A stretch of 32,000 nucleotides of DNA from Halalkalibacterium halodurans (GCF_004376175.1 NZ_SNUY01000023.1:7001-39000), one strand, 5' to 3'. Shown: positions 21,413 through 29,971, counted from the stretch's first letter. The notes: generated from the letters alone by a model not told the origin. Program-made: numbers and translations.

Positions 21413-21440
21413 GAAAGGAGCCGCAGCTGCGGCTCCTTTC
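21413..21440. terminator. Perfect 28-nt palindrome between the convergent sortase and csbA genes (bidirectional terminator candidate)
   Basis: The palindrome is GAAAGGAGCCGCAGCTGCGGCTCCTTTC. A T9 run starts 11 nt downstream on the plus strand. There is no U-run on the minus side. Confidence 0.5.
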
Positions 21441-21664
21441 TACATTCCTGGTTTTTTTTTCAATACTCGTTTACCGAAATGCCAGCCTGCAAGCAGTGAG
21501 ATCAGGGCAATGGCAATAACATACCATGGCTTTTCATGCAAACGAAACCACGCAAACAAAACCATAAAGGATACAATCGTTGCTCCTAGTAGGTGAAACG
21601 TTACTCGTGTCACACCGACCATAAGGAGAATTGGCAAAACGAGTGCAAGGAAAACATCCATCAT
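21440..21664 (-). CDS. csbA: Small membrane protein CsbA
   Basis: 74 aa with two TM helices. It resembles B. subtilis CsbA and is in the same position, upstream of uvrB. Confidence 0.75.
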   Translation of the reverse strand: MMDVFLALVLPILLMVGVTRVTFHLLGATIVSFMVLFAWFRLHEKPWYVIAIALISLLAGWHFGKRVLKKKPGM

Positions 21665-21722
21665 CTATATGTAATCTCCTTTTAATGCAAATACGATAGT
21701 GGACAAAAGTTACAAGTTGACG

Positions 21723-22919
21723 TTAAATAACGGAATCTTGTAACTCATGATCTTCTTTTACTAATAGTACACCAAGCTGATGATGTTCTCCATCATAAAG
21801 CGCTCCTTGGGCAAAACGGACTTCCCCTGCTTTATCGATAACCTCAAGTCGACAAAATGCAGAATTCTCTTGAAGCGCCTCATAAAACGAATACTCGTTA
21901 TTAACCATTTTCCCATTCACTCGTAAAATCGTCTCTCCTATTTTTATCCCCATTTTCTCAGCCGGGCTACCAGGTAAAATACCAAGTACTTTACAACCTG
22001 TCCCTTGATTGGTAAACAGGCTTGTACTTGAGCGATCCTTTATTTTTGCCATTAAATGAATACCTTCTCGTCCGACAATCGCCACAATGGCAAAAAGAAC
22101 AGATAGCCAAGGAACATACCAAGTAATACATACGATCAGCGCAAGGGTAAGGGCTAACCCTAGAACTTGATTACCTACCTTTCGTGAAACCACTTTTGGC
22201 AATGAAGACCAAACCTTGAAATCAGTACCGATTAAAAACGGAACCACTAGCGGCTGAAGTGATACTCCTGCAACCGTTAATATAGGCCAAAAGGAAAAGG
22301 TCGGGATCGCTCCCTCCGGAATGAACAAGACGACAGGCAAAAGCCACAGCCTTTTCACCCGGTGGAAACCGACCCACTTGCCGCGTTTGCTCCTCACAAC
22401 AACTGGAGACGAAAAGCTACCACCTCGTTTCGCGATCAGCATCCCTTCAGCTGAAAGCAACAGCACGGTCAAGTACATGATCACTAAAACAGGGATCTGA
22501 CTTGCCGATTGAAGTCGTTCGTCAAACCACGGCCAACCGGTTGTAACAAAAGGTGCCAATAAAACAACACCAATCATGAATGCCCCTACATAGGCAGGAC
22601 TAATCCAACGAATATTCATTGTCACGACAGTTAAAAGATAAACAATCAATAACAGCCATAGCCAATCAATTGAAACCGTTAAGCCAATGACTATGGTGAC
22701 AAGGGAAAGAAGACTCCCTGCGATCAATCCTGGAAGAAATGGGACCACGTAGTCCGCACGTATGCGAAGCACTCTCGTGTGGAAATGTTCTCGTTCCCGT
22801 CGGACTCGCTGCCAACCGATAAGGCCCATCAAGGCTAGTCCGATGTATAGTAAAGGATGGATAAAAAAAGCAGCAATTCCTATGATGATGCTTAGTATGA
22901 TTGCTCCAACCATCGACAA
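21723..22919 (-). CDS. minJ: Polytopic membrane protein with C-terminal PDZ domain, MinJ-like division-site topological determinant
   Basis: 398 aa: multiple TM helices, then a PDZ domain (GILPGSPAEKMGIKIGETILRVNG). Synteny places it next to ctpB. The start is TTG 22919 or ATG 22913, both behind AAGGGGGAG. Confidence 0.8.
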   Translation of the reverse strand: MSMVGAIILSIIIGIAAFFIHPLLYIGLALMGLIGWQRVRREREHFHTRVLRIRADYVVPFLPGLIAGSLLSLVTIVIGLTVSIDWLWLLLIVYLLTVVTMNIRWISPAYVGAFMIGVVLLAPFVTTGWPWFDERLQSASQIPVLVIMYLTVLLLSAEGMLIAKRGGSFSSPVVVRSKRGKWVGFHRVKRLWLLPVVLFIPEGAIPTFSFWPILTVAGVSLQPLVVPFLIGTDFKVWSSLPKVVSRKVGNQVLGLALTLALIVCITWYVPWLSVLFAIVAIVGREGIHLMAKIKDRSSTSLFTNQGTGCKVLGILPGSPAEKMGIKIGETILRVNGKMVNNEYSFYEALQENSAFCRLEVIDKAGEVRFAQGALYDGEHHQLGVLLVKEDHELQDSVI

Positions 22920-23078
22920 ATGCTCCCCCTTCGCTCAACTCTCTCTTACTATCTTATCGTGAAATGATCGTTTCGTCATGGACCTTTTGGGTATTTCCTT
23001 TAATTCTTGCCCAATAGTGAAAGTTGAAGACTCACTCGTTGCAATGCTTTGCGGTCCACATCTCTCTCATACGAAAGA

Positions 23079-23103
23079 AGGAGTACACTGTTTGTGCACT
23101 CCT
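23079..23103 (-). terminator. Terminator candidate after ctpB
   Basis: The stem 23079-23088/23094-23103 has one G-U on the minus RNA. The U-tract is weak (TCTTTCG). Confidence 0.45.
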
Positions 23104-23141
23104 CTCAGATTCGACGCGCTTTACATGATTCCTTCTTTTAA

Positions 23142-24605
23142 TCATTGAGCCTGCTCTACAATTAAATCTAAGGCGACACGCAATTGTTGATCATTTTCTT
23201 GATCACGAACTAAGTCAACAATGCTTTGTTGTAAAGCTATTGCTGTTTCTTCATCCAAGACACCTGTTGTCTCAAGCTCCTGAGAATCTTGGAAGGCACG
23301 AACAGCTTTTTCCGTCTGTTCTCCAAAGTAGCCATCTGTTCGCCCAGGTTCAAATCCTAATCCCTTCAGCATCATTTGTGCATGTTCGATTTGGTCGTTC
23401 AACATATCAAGCTCTAATGGTTCTTCCACGCTTAAGGGTGCAGTGTAAAAATAGTCAGGTTGCAAGACTTCAACTGTCGGCTCCACTCCGACACCATTAA
23501 TATCATTTCCATCAGACGTTAACCAGCGAAACAGAGATAGCTTAATCTCGCTACCATCCCCTAGCTCTATTGACTGTTGTACAGTCCCTTTACCGAACGT
23601 CGTTTCCCCGACCACATCATAATGACCTGCCTCCTTGAGTGCGGCGGCTAGTATTTCTGAAGCTGATGCACTTCCTCGATCAGTCAACCCGACAATTGGG
23701 TATGGCTTTTCCTCTTTTAGCGTGGATAAGTAGCGCATTTTCTCCCCGTCTCGGTTTTGAATCTGCACAATCGGTTCCCCTTCTGGAATAATGAGACTAC
23801 CGATATCTTCCACGGCGTTTAAATAACCACCAGGATTTCCTCTAACATCAATAATTAACCCGTCGATCCCTTCGCCTTCTAACTGGGCAAGACCTTCTTC
23901 AAAACGATCAGCTGTATCTTCTGAGAAAGAGGTAATTTCAAGCATTCCAATGGTCAGTCCGTTTCGTTCAAAGCGATGAACATGAACTGTTTCGATTGGA
24001 ATTTCATCCCGCTCTACTGTTATATTAACGACATTTGACGCACCAGGACGTTCGATCGTCAAATCCACTGTCGTCCCTTTTTCTCCCCTGATTTTAAGAA
24101 CCGCTTCATAAAGAGAAAGGCCTTCGGTCGATTCTCCATCAATTTCTAAAATCCGGTCATTTGGCTGTAGTCCCGCTTTTTCTGCTGGAGATTCGCGAAA
24201 TGGAGCCACGATTGTGACATATCCATTGGTCATACTTACCTCAGCGCCAATCCCTTCAAAATGGGAATCTAGAGATTGGACAAATTCTGCTGCCGTTTCT
24301 GGATCCATATAAACAGAGTAAGGATCATCCAATGTGCCTAACATTCCTTCAATCGCGCCTTGTAGGAGCTTTTCCTCATCCACTTCATCTACGTAACGAT
24401 CCTGAATGAGCTGGAACGCTTGCTGAAACTTGGCAAAAGCCTCCTCATCCGATAACGTTGCGGGAGGGCTTGATTCAGAACTAGCCGTTTCCTCTTGGGG
24501 TGAGCTAACGTTATCACCGGCCAACCCAAAGTTTGATAAGTAAGCGACCGCTCCAACAATGGCTGCAATCACAACAACCATAACGAGCATACGATTTCCT
24601 TTCAC
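23142..24605 (-). CDS. ctpB: S41 carboxy-terminal processing peptidase with PDZ and C-terminal peptidoglycan-binding domain
   Basis: 487 aa with a signal anchor, a PDZ domain (AEKAGLQPNDRILEIDG), the S41 catalytic region (RGSASASEILA ... TFGKGTVQ) and a PG_binding_1-like tail (TDGYFGEQTEKAVRAFQ). The GTG start follows AAAGAGGTGG. Confidence 0.88.
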   Translation of the reverse strand: MKGNRMLVMVVVIAAIVGAVAYLSNFGLAGDNVSSPQEETASSESSPPATLSDEEAFAKFQQAFQLIQDRYVDEVDEEKLLQGAIEGMLGTLDDPYSVYMDPETAAEFVQSLDSHFEGIGAEVSMTNGYVTIVAPFRESPAEKAGLQPNDRILEIDGESTEGLSLYEAVLKIRGEKGTTVDLTIERPGASNVVNITVERDEIPIETVHVHRFERNGLTIGMLEITSFSEDTADRFEEGLAQLEGEGIDGLIIDVRGNPGGYLNAVEDIGSLIIPEGEPIVQIQNRDGEKMRYLSTLKEEKPYPIVGLTDRGSASASEILAAALKEAGHYDVVGETTFGKGTVQQSIELGDGSEIKLSLFRWLTSDGNDINGVGVEPTVEVLQPDYFYTAPLSVEEPLELDMLNDQIEHAQMMLKGLGFEPGRTDGYFGEQTEKAVRAFQDSQELETTGVLDEETAIALQQSIVDLVRDQENDQQLRVALDLIVEQAQ

Positions 24606-24740
24606 GTTGTTCCACCTCTTTCAACATCCTGCATCACCTAATCATACTCCTCTTCTTAGTTTAACGTTTCAAGCACTATTCGTCATCCACCGTTTCCCCT
24701 AATTCCGAAAAAGAATCCCTATCGAACGTTCCTCACTAGG

Positions 24741-24782
24741 AAAAAGAAAGAAAAGAAGACATTGCATATCATAGCAATGCCT
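24741..24782 (-). terminator. Terminator after the M23 peptidase gene
   Basis: The stem 24758-24765/24775-24782 has one G-U on the minus RNA. It is followed by TTCTTTTCTTTCTTTTT. Confidence 0.7.
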
Positions 24783-24812
24783 CCTTTATAAGGTTATGAG
24801 GTTGTCTTACAT

Positions 24813-26183
24813 TTAATTAATATAATTCATTGGGTTTACAGGTGTCCCATTTTCATGCACTTCAAAATGAAGATGTGGTCCTGTTGAGAGCCCTGTGTTC
24901 CCCATAATTCCGATCGTTTGTCCTTTTGATACACGCTGTCCAGCAGAGACACTTCGACTCTCCAAATGGGCATATAATGTCGTTACTTGTCTTCCGTTAT
25001 AGCTGTGGGCAATGATGACCATGTTTCCGTATCCACCACTACTGTAAGACGATTGAACGACCGTCCCGTCATAGGCGGCAACAACAGGGACATTACTTCT
25101 ATTACCTCGAGGAATATCAATACCCGCATGAAATTTTCTTTGTCCGGTAATCGGATGCGTACGATAACCGAAGTTAGATGATATAGGTCCCGTCGCTGGT
25201 CTCATAAATCCAGAACCTGACGATGACGGTGCTAAATGAGTTTCTCCGCCACCTCCGCCACTGCTACCGCCATTAGAGCGTGAGGTTGTACCAGAATTTG
25301 AGCCTGAATCAGAGTTTGAGCCTCCGTTTCCACCAGATGAAGAAGTTTGTGCTTGCTGAGCTGCTGCCTCTGCTGCCGCTTTTTCGGCAGCTTTCCGTTC
25401 TTCTTCTTGCTTTTTCCAAAGCTCATACTCTTCTTGTAATGCTTTTTCTTGCTGACGTAAAAGCTCTTCATCGTTTTCAAGTGACTCTAAATCACCATGC
25501 AGCTCATCTTCACGGCTAGCCAGTTCACCCATTACCTTTTCTTTCTCTTTTTGTTGCTCTTCTAGTTCAGCCATTAGATTTTCCAGCTCGACCAAGTGAC
25601 CTTCTAGCGTCTCTAATTTTTCTTCTACTTGCGCCTTCGCTTCTTCTAATAGGCGGTGATCTTCAATATGTGCCTCTAGAATGCTACGATCTTGTTCGGC
25701 AATAACCGATAGGGCACTCACTCGGTCAAGAAAATCTCCGAAGCTTTTCGCTCCTAAAATGACTTCTAAATAATCGATGGAACCACCGTTTTGATACATG
25801 GCGCGAGCCCGTTCTTTTAACAGCTCATCCCGCTCAGCAATCCGCTCTTCTAAAATTTCAATTTGCTCTTTTAACTCTTCAATCTCAGCTTGTACTTCTT
25901 CAATTTCTTCGCGCTTTTCTCGAATTTTCCCACTTGTTTCCTCTACTTCTTTATCTAAGCGCTCAATTTCAGCAGTGATGTCGCCCAGTTCCTTTTCAAC
26001 TTCCTTAAGCTCAGCTTCCGTCTTTTGTTTTTGCTGTTGTTTTTCTTGACGTTCCTTTTGGACATCAGAAATTTGATTTTGAAGAGATGAATTTGCCTTT
26101 GCATCTTCAATACTAGATTGAGAGAATAAGATGCTAAATGTGAGTAATCCTGCGGCCGCTACTAGACTGATTTTACGGTTCAT
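24813..26183 (-). CDS. Secreted coiled-coil murein hydrolase with C-terminal M23 (LytM) metallopeptidase domain, EnvC/PcsB-like FtsEX partner
   Basis: 456 aa: a signal peptide, about 250 aa of E/K/L/Q-rich heptad-like sequence, a Ser/Gly linker, then an M23 domain with both metal-binding motifs intact (HAGID and HLH). It lies directly downstream of ftsEX. Confidence 0.88.
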   Translation of the reverse strand: MNRKISLVAAAGLLTFSILFSQSSIEDAKANSSLQNQISDVQKERQEKQQQKQKTEAELKEVEKELGDITAEIERLDKEVEETSGKIREKREEIEEVQAEIEELKEQIEILEERIAERDELLKERARAMYQNGGSIDYLEVILGAKSFGDFLDRVSALSVIAEQDRSILEAHIEDHRLLEEAKAQVEEKLETLEGHLVELENLMAELEEQQKEKEKVMGELASREDELHGDLESLENDEELLRQQEKALQEEYELWKKQEEERKAAEKAAAEAAAQQAQTSSSGGNGGSNSDSGSNSGTTSRSNGGSSGGGGGETHLAPSSSGSGFMRPATGPISSNFGYRTHPITGQRKFHAGIDIPRGNRSNVPVVAAYDGTVVQSSYSSGGYGNMVIIAHSYNGRQVTTLYAHLESRSVSAGQRVSKGQTIGIMGNTGLSTGPHLHFEVHENGTPVNPMNYIN

Positions 26184-26216
26184 GAACTCCCTTTCCTCCT
26201 CATAAGCACTTGTTCT

Positions 26217-27113
26217 TTAAACTTTAAGAAACTTGCGAACAGACATAATGCTTCCCCACATTCCGATAAACGCCCCAACAGCGATCAATACCACAGCTAC
26301 TTGTAAGATCGATGGTGTTACAGGAGTCATCGAGAACAAAAAGCTTTGAACTTGTCCACCAAAATTGTTGTACACATAGTAGTATCCGCCCCATAGTATC
26401 GCAATCGGTATGAGAGCTCCGATGACACCGAGTAAAATTCCTTCGATAAAAAATGGCCAGCGGATGAAACCATTTGTGGCTCCAACGAGTTTCATAATTT
26501 GAATCTCTCGTTTTCTAGCAAAGATGGTTAACTTGATCGTGTTCGAAATCAAAAACATCGATGTGAGCATCATTCCAATGATCAAGACGAGCCCACCTGT
26601 ACGAACAAAGTTCGTGATCGTAAAGAGTCGGTTGACAACTTCACGCCCGAAACGGACATAATCGACATGGTTCATCGCTTCGATTTGATCGGCAATTTGC
26701 TCCGTTAATTGCGGATTTGTCGCACGGACAACAAACTTGTCATTTAACGGGTTTTCCTCACGGAGAGACTCAAATACTGGAGCAGTCTCCTCATCTAAAC
26801 TACCAATGAGTTGATCCAACCCTTCATCACGAGAAACGTATGTAACACTCTCAATGTTAGGGATTGTTTGAATTTCGGCTTCAAGAGCTTCCTGTTGTGT
26901 TTTATCAGCTGTTAGCTCTATGTATACATTTATCTCTACATCGTCCTCGACCGTGGTTGCCACTTGGTTCATATTCATGATCATGAGAATAAAGGCACCA
27001 ACCACAAACAACATAACAGCAACGGCGCTGATCGAAGCGAATGTCATCCAACCATTTCGCCCTAGGTTTTTTGTTCCTTCGCGAACGTGACGAGACAGGG
27101 TTCTAAATTTCAT
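26217..27113 (-). CDS. ftsX: Cell-division ABC transporter permease-like protein FtsX
   Basis: 298 aa from ATG 27113 (MKFRTLSRHVREG...). The start follows an AGGGGG RBS and overlaps the ftsE stop by 11 nt; the track start at 27221 is an upstream extension inside ftsE. It has four TM helices with a large first extracellular loop. Confidence 0.92.
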   Translation of the reverse strand: MKFRTLSRHVREGTKNLGRNGWMTFASISAVAVMLFVVGAFILMIMNMNQVATTVEDDVEINVYIELTADKTQQEALEAEIQTIPNIESVTYVSRDEGLDQLIGSLDEETAPVFESLREENPLNDKFVVRATNPQLTEQIADQIEAMNHVDYVRFGREVVNRLFTITNFVRTGGLVLIIGMMLTSMFLISNTIKLTIFARKREIQIMKLVGATNGFIRWPFFIEGILLGVIGALIPIAILWGGYYYVYNNFGGQVQSFLFSMTPVTPSILQVAVVLIAVGAFIGMWGSIMSVRKFLKV

Positions 27114-27795
27114 ACCCATAGTTCCCCCTTGCTTCATCCCGAACGACTCGTCCATTTTCAATTGCAATGACTCTTCTCTTAATCGTGTTAACGATCTCCT
27201 TATTGTGAGTTGCCATAACAACAGTCGTGCCGAGACGGTTAATTTCTTCTAAGGTGTCCATGATTCCCCACGCTGTGTCGGGGTCTAAATTCCCAGTTGG
27301 CTCGTCCGCAATCAACACATCCGGCTGATTAACGATAGCTCGTGCAATCGCTACACGCTGCTGTTCTCCCCCTGAGAGTTCACTCGGTAAAAAGCGTGCC
27401 TTGTTCTTCAAGCGGACAATGTCAAGAACATCCATTACTTTTTTCTTAATCGCCTCAGGGGATTCTTCAATAACCTCTAAAGCGAAGGCAACGTTCTCGT
27501 AAACAGATTGTGAGGTTAATAGTTTAAAATCTTGGAAAACGACACCAATGTTTCGTCGGAGGTATGGTATTTGCCGTTCCTTTAAGGAGGAAAGATTTGT
27601 ATTGTTGATGACAATCTCCCCTTTAGTAGGTCTTTCCTCACGATAAATCATTTTAATGAATGTTGATTTCCCAGCACCACTAGGTCCAACGATATAAACG
27701 AACTCACCTTTTTCGATATTTATATTGATTCCATTAATCGCTTTAACACCGTTCGGATAAGCCTTCCAAACATCTTTCATTTTAATCAAATTCAA
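27103..27795 (-). CDS. ftsE: Cell-division ABC transporter ATPase FtsE
   Basis: Walker A GPSGAGKST, signature LSGGEQQR and Walker B LIADEP. The start is TTG at 27795, or the TTG at 27789 that would give MIKMKDV and match the B. subtilis N-terminus. Confidence 0.95.
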   Translation of the reverse strand: MNLIKMKDVWKAYPNGVKAINGININIEKGEFVYIVGPSGAGKSTFIKMIYREERPTKGEIVINNTNLSSLKERQIPYLRRNIGVVFQDFKLLTSQSVYENVAFALEVIEESPEAIKKKVMDVLDIVRLKNKARFLPSELSGGEQQRVAIARAIVNQPDVLIADEPTGNLDPDTAWGIMDTLEEINRLGTTVVMATHNKEIVNTIKRRVIAIENGRVVRDEARGNYGYEI

Positions 27796-27906
27796 TCACT
27801 TCCCCATGTTCTTGCGCAGATTCATTCTCTCCCGCTAGAACTTCCTGAAAAACATGTCGATAGACACAAAATCCTATCAACTTATGTCGGTTGTTCCACC
27901 CAACAC

Positions 27907-27915
27907 ATTATAACA
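27907..27915 (-). promoter_or_regulatory. Extended -10 (TGtTATAAT) candidate promoter for ftsEX
   Basis: TGTTATAAT is on the minus strand about 110 nt upstream of ftsE. A second candidate (ATGACA-N18-TAATAT) lies about 30 nt further upstream. Confidence 0.4.
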
Positions 27916-28177
27916 TCAATTGTTTAACGGTGATATTACAATTTAATTTCAAAGCTTGTCATATTCTACTACCATTCTGAAACCCCCTGTAAACTAGCGG
28001 TTTTCCGACCCGTCTCTCATTTGATATGTAAAAAAGAATTATAGGAAATTACTTTTTATACCATGTAACAGGTCTCATTTTCCTATTATGGTTACATTCC
28101 CTTCTGAATCTATATCATTATAGTATAAACCAATAAAATCCAATTCTCTTCACATTTATTCCTTTTTTTCATTAGAA

Positions 28178-28200
28178 AAACTCGGCGTTCCGCCAAGTTT
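28178..28200 (-). terminator. Second terminator downstream of cccB
   Basis: AAACTTGGCG/CGCCGAGTTT forms a stem on the minus RNA with one G-U and a 3-nt loop. It is followed by TTTTTCT. Confidence 0.6.
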
Positions 28201-28244
28201 ATTAAGAGAAGTTTTTTCCTTTAGTCCTTTATAAAAAATAATCA

Positions 28245-28290
28245 CTTTTAAAAAGGACAAAAAGCTCTAGATGCCTTCACACTAGAGCTT
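28245..28290 (-). terminator. Terminator after cccB
   Basis: AAGCTCTAG (28262-28270) pairs with CTAGAGCTT (28282-28290). It is followed on the minus strand by TTTGTCCTTTTT. Confidence 0.75.
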
Positions 28291-28367
28291 GGGTAAATAG
28301 ATGATACGTCCTTTTTGAGTAGAAGAGCCTCTTTCACACTCCACGACTCCACTAATGTTATTTGCGA

Positions 28368-28703
28368 TCACTGTGCCTCAATCCACTTTGCTAAGTTTTC
28401 CGCTTCTTCTTGGTCTACATTTTGTGGAGGCATTGCCCCTTTACCGTGTTCAATCGCATGGATAATTTCTTCATAAGAATAGGCACCATCAGTCAATTGC
28501 GGACCTGCGCCTCCTTCAAGATTTCCTCCATGACAGGCGATACAAGCTGCTTCGTATGTTTCACGGGCCATCGTCGCATCAAAATCCCCTACTACTTCTT
28601 CCGTATCTGCTGGTGTTTCTTCCACATCTTCACCAGCTCCACCACATGCCACCAGAGAACCTAAGACCATGAGACCACTTAGGGCAAACAAACATTTTTT
28701 CAT
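28368..28703 (-). CDS. cccB: Membrane-anchored (lipoprotein) cytochrome c551
   Basis: 111 aa with the lipobox LVAC, the heme-c motif CIACH and a distal Met (GAMPP). Synteny places it between yvjA and ftsE. Confidence 0.9.
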   Translation of the reverse strand: MKKCLFALSGLMVLGSLVACGGAGEDVEETPADTEEVVGDFDATMARETYEAACIACHGGNLEGGAGPQLTDGAYSYEEIIHAIEHGKGAMPPQNVDQEEAENLAKWIEAQ

Positions 28704-28764
28704 TGCAATTCCTCCTTGAAGTCATGAAATAGTGTTCGTTCACAATAGTTCTAGTTTTTCAAGG

Positions 28765-29646
28765 CTACGCACGCTTAAACCCTTCTCCAAGGACTTCTGT
28801 TGCACTTGTTACAATTACAAAAGCCTGGGGATCAATGGATTGCACGATTTGCTTCAACTTGGTGACTTCACTTTGTCCTACGACACACATGAGAACTGGA
28901 CGTTCTTGGTTTGTGTACCCACCATAGCCGACCAACTTGGTGACACCACGATCAATGTCTTGGAGAATGCCTTTACGCACTTCTTCTTGCTGATTTGAAA
29001 TAATTAGAGCTACCTTCGCATATCCTACCCCAATCTGAACAAGATCAATCGTCTTTCCTGTTACAAAAAGGGCGATTAATGCGTAAAGCGCATATTCTAT
29101 ACCAAACAAAAAGGCCGCGGACATGACGATCAGACCGTCGATCATAAACACGCACATGCCGACAGATAGGCCTGTGTACTTATGGACAATTTGTGCGGCT
29201 AAATCCGTTCCGCCTGTACTTGCCCGCGCTCGAAAAACAATCCCTAATCCTAAACCGACGCCCATTCCTCCAAAAATAGCACCGAGCAAAGGGTCTAATG
29301 TTGCAGGGGGCAGATCTTTCGTCAACAGGACAACCAATGGAAGAAAGGAGGTTCCGATTAACGCTTTGATCCCATACTTCAATCCTCCCAATAGCCATAC
29401 CCCTAACAGAAAAAGCGGAATGTTAAACGCCCATTGAACATAGGCTGGTTCAAGACCTAATGTATAATTAATGAGGATACTAATCCCGCTTACGCCTCCA
29501 GATGCCACTTGGTTCGGTAATAAAAACAAATTAAATGCTAACGCTACAAAAGCTGATCCAATCAGCACATATGTATAATCAATGACCCCTTGCCTAACAG
29601 GGGAATGTGGTTGTCTACGGTGTTTTACTGTACGCAACTGATTCAC
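28765..29646 (-). CDS. yvjA: YitT-family integral membrane protein with C-terminal DUF2179 domain, YvjA-like
   Basis: 293 aa: five or six TM helices, then a soluble C-terminal domain (ALIISNQQEEVRKGILQDIDRGVTKL...). It has a GTG start behind GGGAGAGGGAG and sits next to prfB. Confidence 0.8.
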   Translation of the reverse strand: MNQLRTVKHRRQPHSPVRQGVIDYTYVLIGSAFVALAFNLFLLPNQVASGGVSGISILINYTLGLEPAYVQWAFNIPLFLLGVWLLGGLKYGIKALIGTSFLPLVVLLTKDLPPATLDPLLGAIFGGMGVGLGLGIVFRARASTGGTDLAAQIVHKYTGLSVGMCVFMIDGLIVMSAAFLFGIEYALYALIALFVTGKTIDLVQIGVGYAKVALIISNQQEEVRKGILQDIDRGVTKLVGYGGYTNQERPVLMCVVGQSEVTKLKQIVQSIDPQAFVIVTSATEVLGEGFKRA

Positions 29647-29697
29647 GCTCCCTCTCCCATATTCTATCTTATTTTCGTGCGTTCAATCCACTGGAAG

Positions 29698-29725
29698 AGT
29701 ATATCACCGGCTAAGACGACTGTAA
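29698..29725 (-). promoter_or_regulatory. Candidate promoter of the yvjA-like gene
   Basis: On the minus strand: TTACAG (29725-29720), a 16-nt spacer, then TATACT (29703-29698), preceded by a TGn extension. Confidence 0.35.
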
Positions 29726-29766
29726 ATGCAAACTAAGTAACGTAATGCCGCAGTAAAGTACACTAT

Positions 29767-29914
29767 TTATCCACATATAAAAAGAACAATCCACAATATA
29801 CACATACTTATTCACAGATGTTTTTAATATATCAACAATTATCATCATTTTTATCCACATACGTGAACAAGTGTGCGTGTTTTTCGTTCTTTTTTTGATT
29901 TCTTTTGTGGATAA
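29767..29914. promoter_or_regulatory. Cluster of five DnaA boxes
   Basis: TTATCCACA at 29767-29775 and 29851-29859; TGTGGATAA at 29906-29914; TTATTCACA at 29808-29816; cAATCCACA at 29787-29795. Confidence 0.7.
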
Positions 29915-29971
29915 AGCATTTGGAACATCATTTGCTCCGGTTATTAACTTACTGCCCATCCTTAATGGTAA

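Noticed and set aside
21665-21722. SigB promoter for csbA (GTTTAA-N12-15-GGGTAT)
   Set aside because: No acceptable match was found in the 58-bp gap after minJ. csbA may be read through from minJ or use a weak promoter that I cannot identify.
25232-25480. 82-aa Lys-rich ORF and apparent repeats within the M23 gene
   Set aside because: This is an alternative frame of the GAA/AAG-rich coiled-coil and Ser/Gly linker coding sequence. The repeats reflect amino-acid bias and are not a tandem DNA repeat or CRISPR array.
27114-27221. 36-codon N-terminal extension of ftsX in the ORF track
   Set aside because: It lies inside the ftsE coding sequence. The FtsX N-terminus MKFRTLSRH starts at 27113, behind an AGGGGG RBS.
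29767-29914. DnaA-box cluster as a chromosomal replication origin
   Set aside because: There is no dnaA or dnaN flanking it, and I could find no GC-cluster or repeated trinucleotide (DnaA-trio-like) unwinding element. By synteny, the locus is well away from oriC. I treat it as a secondary DnaA-binding cluster.
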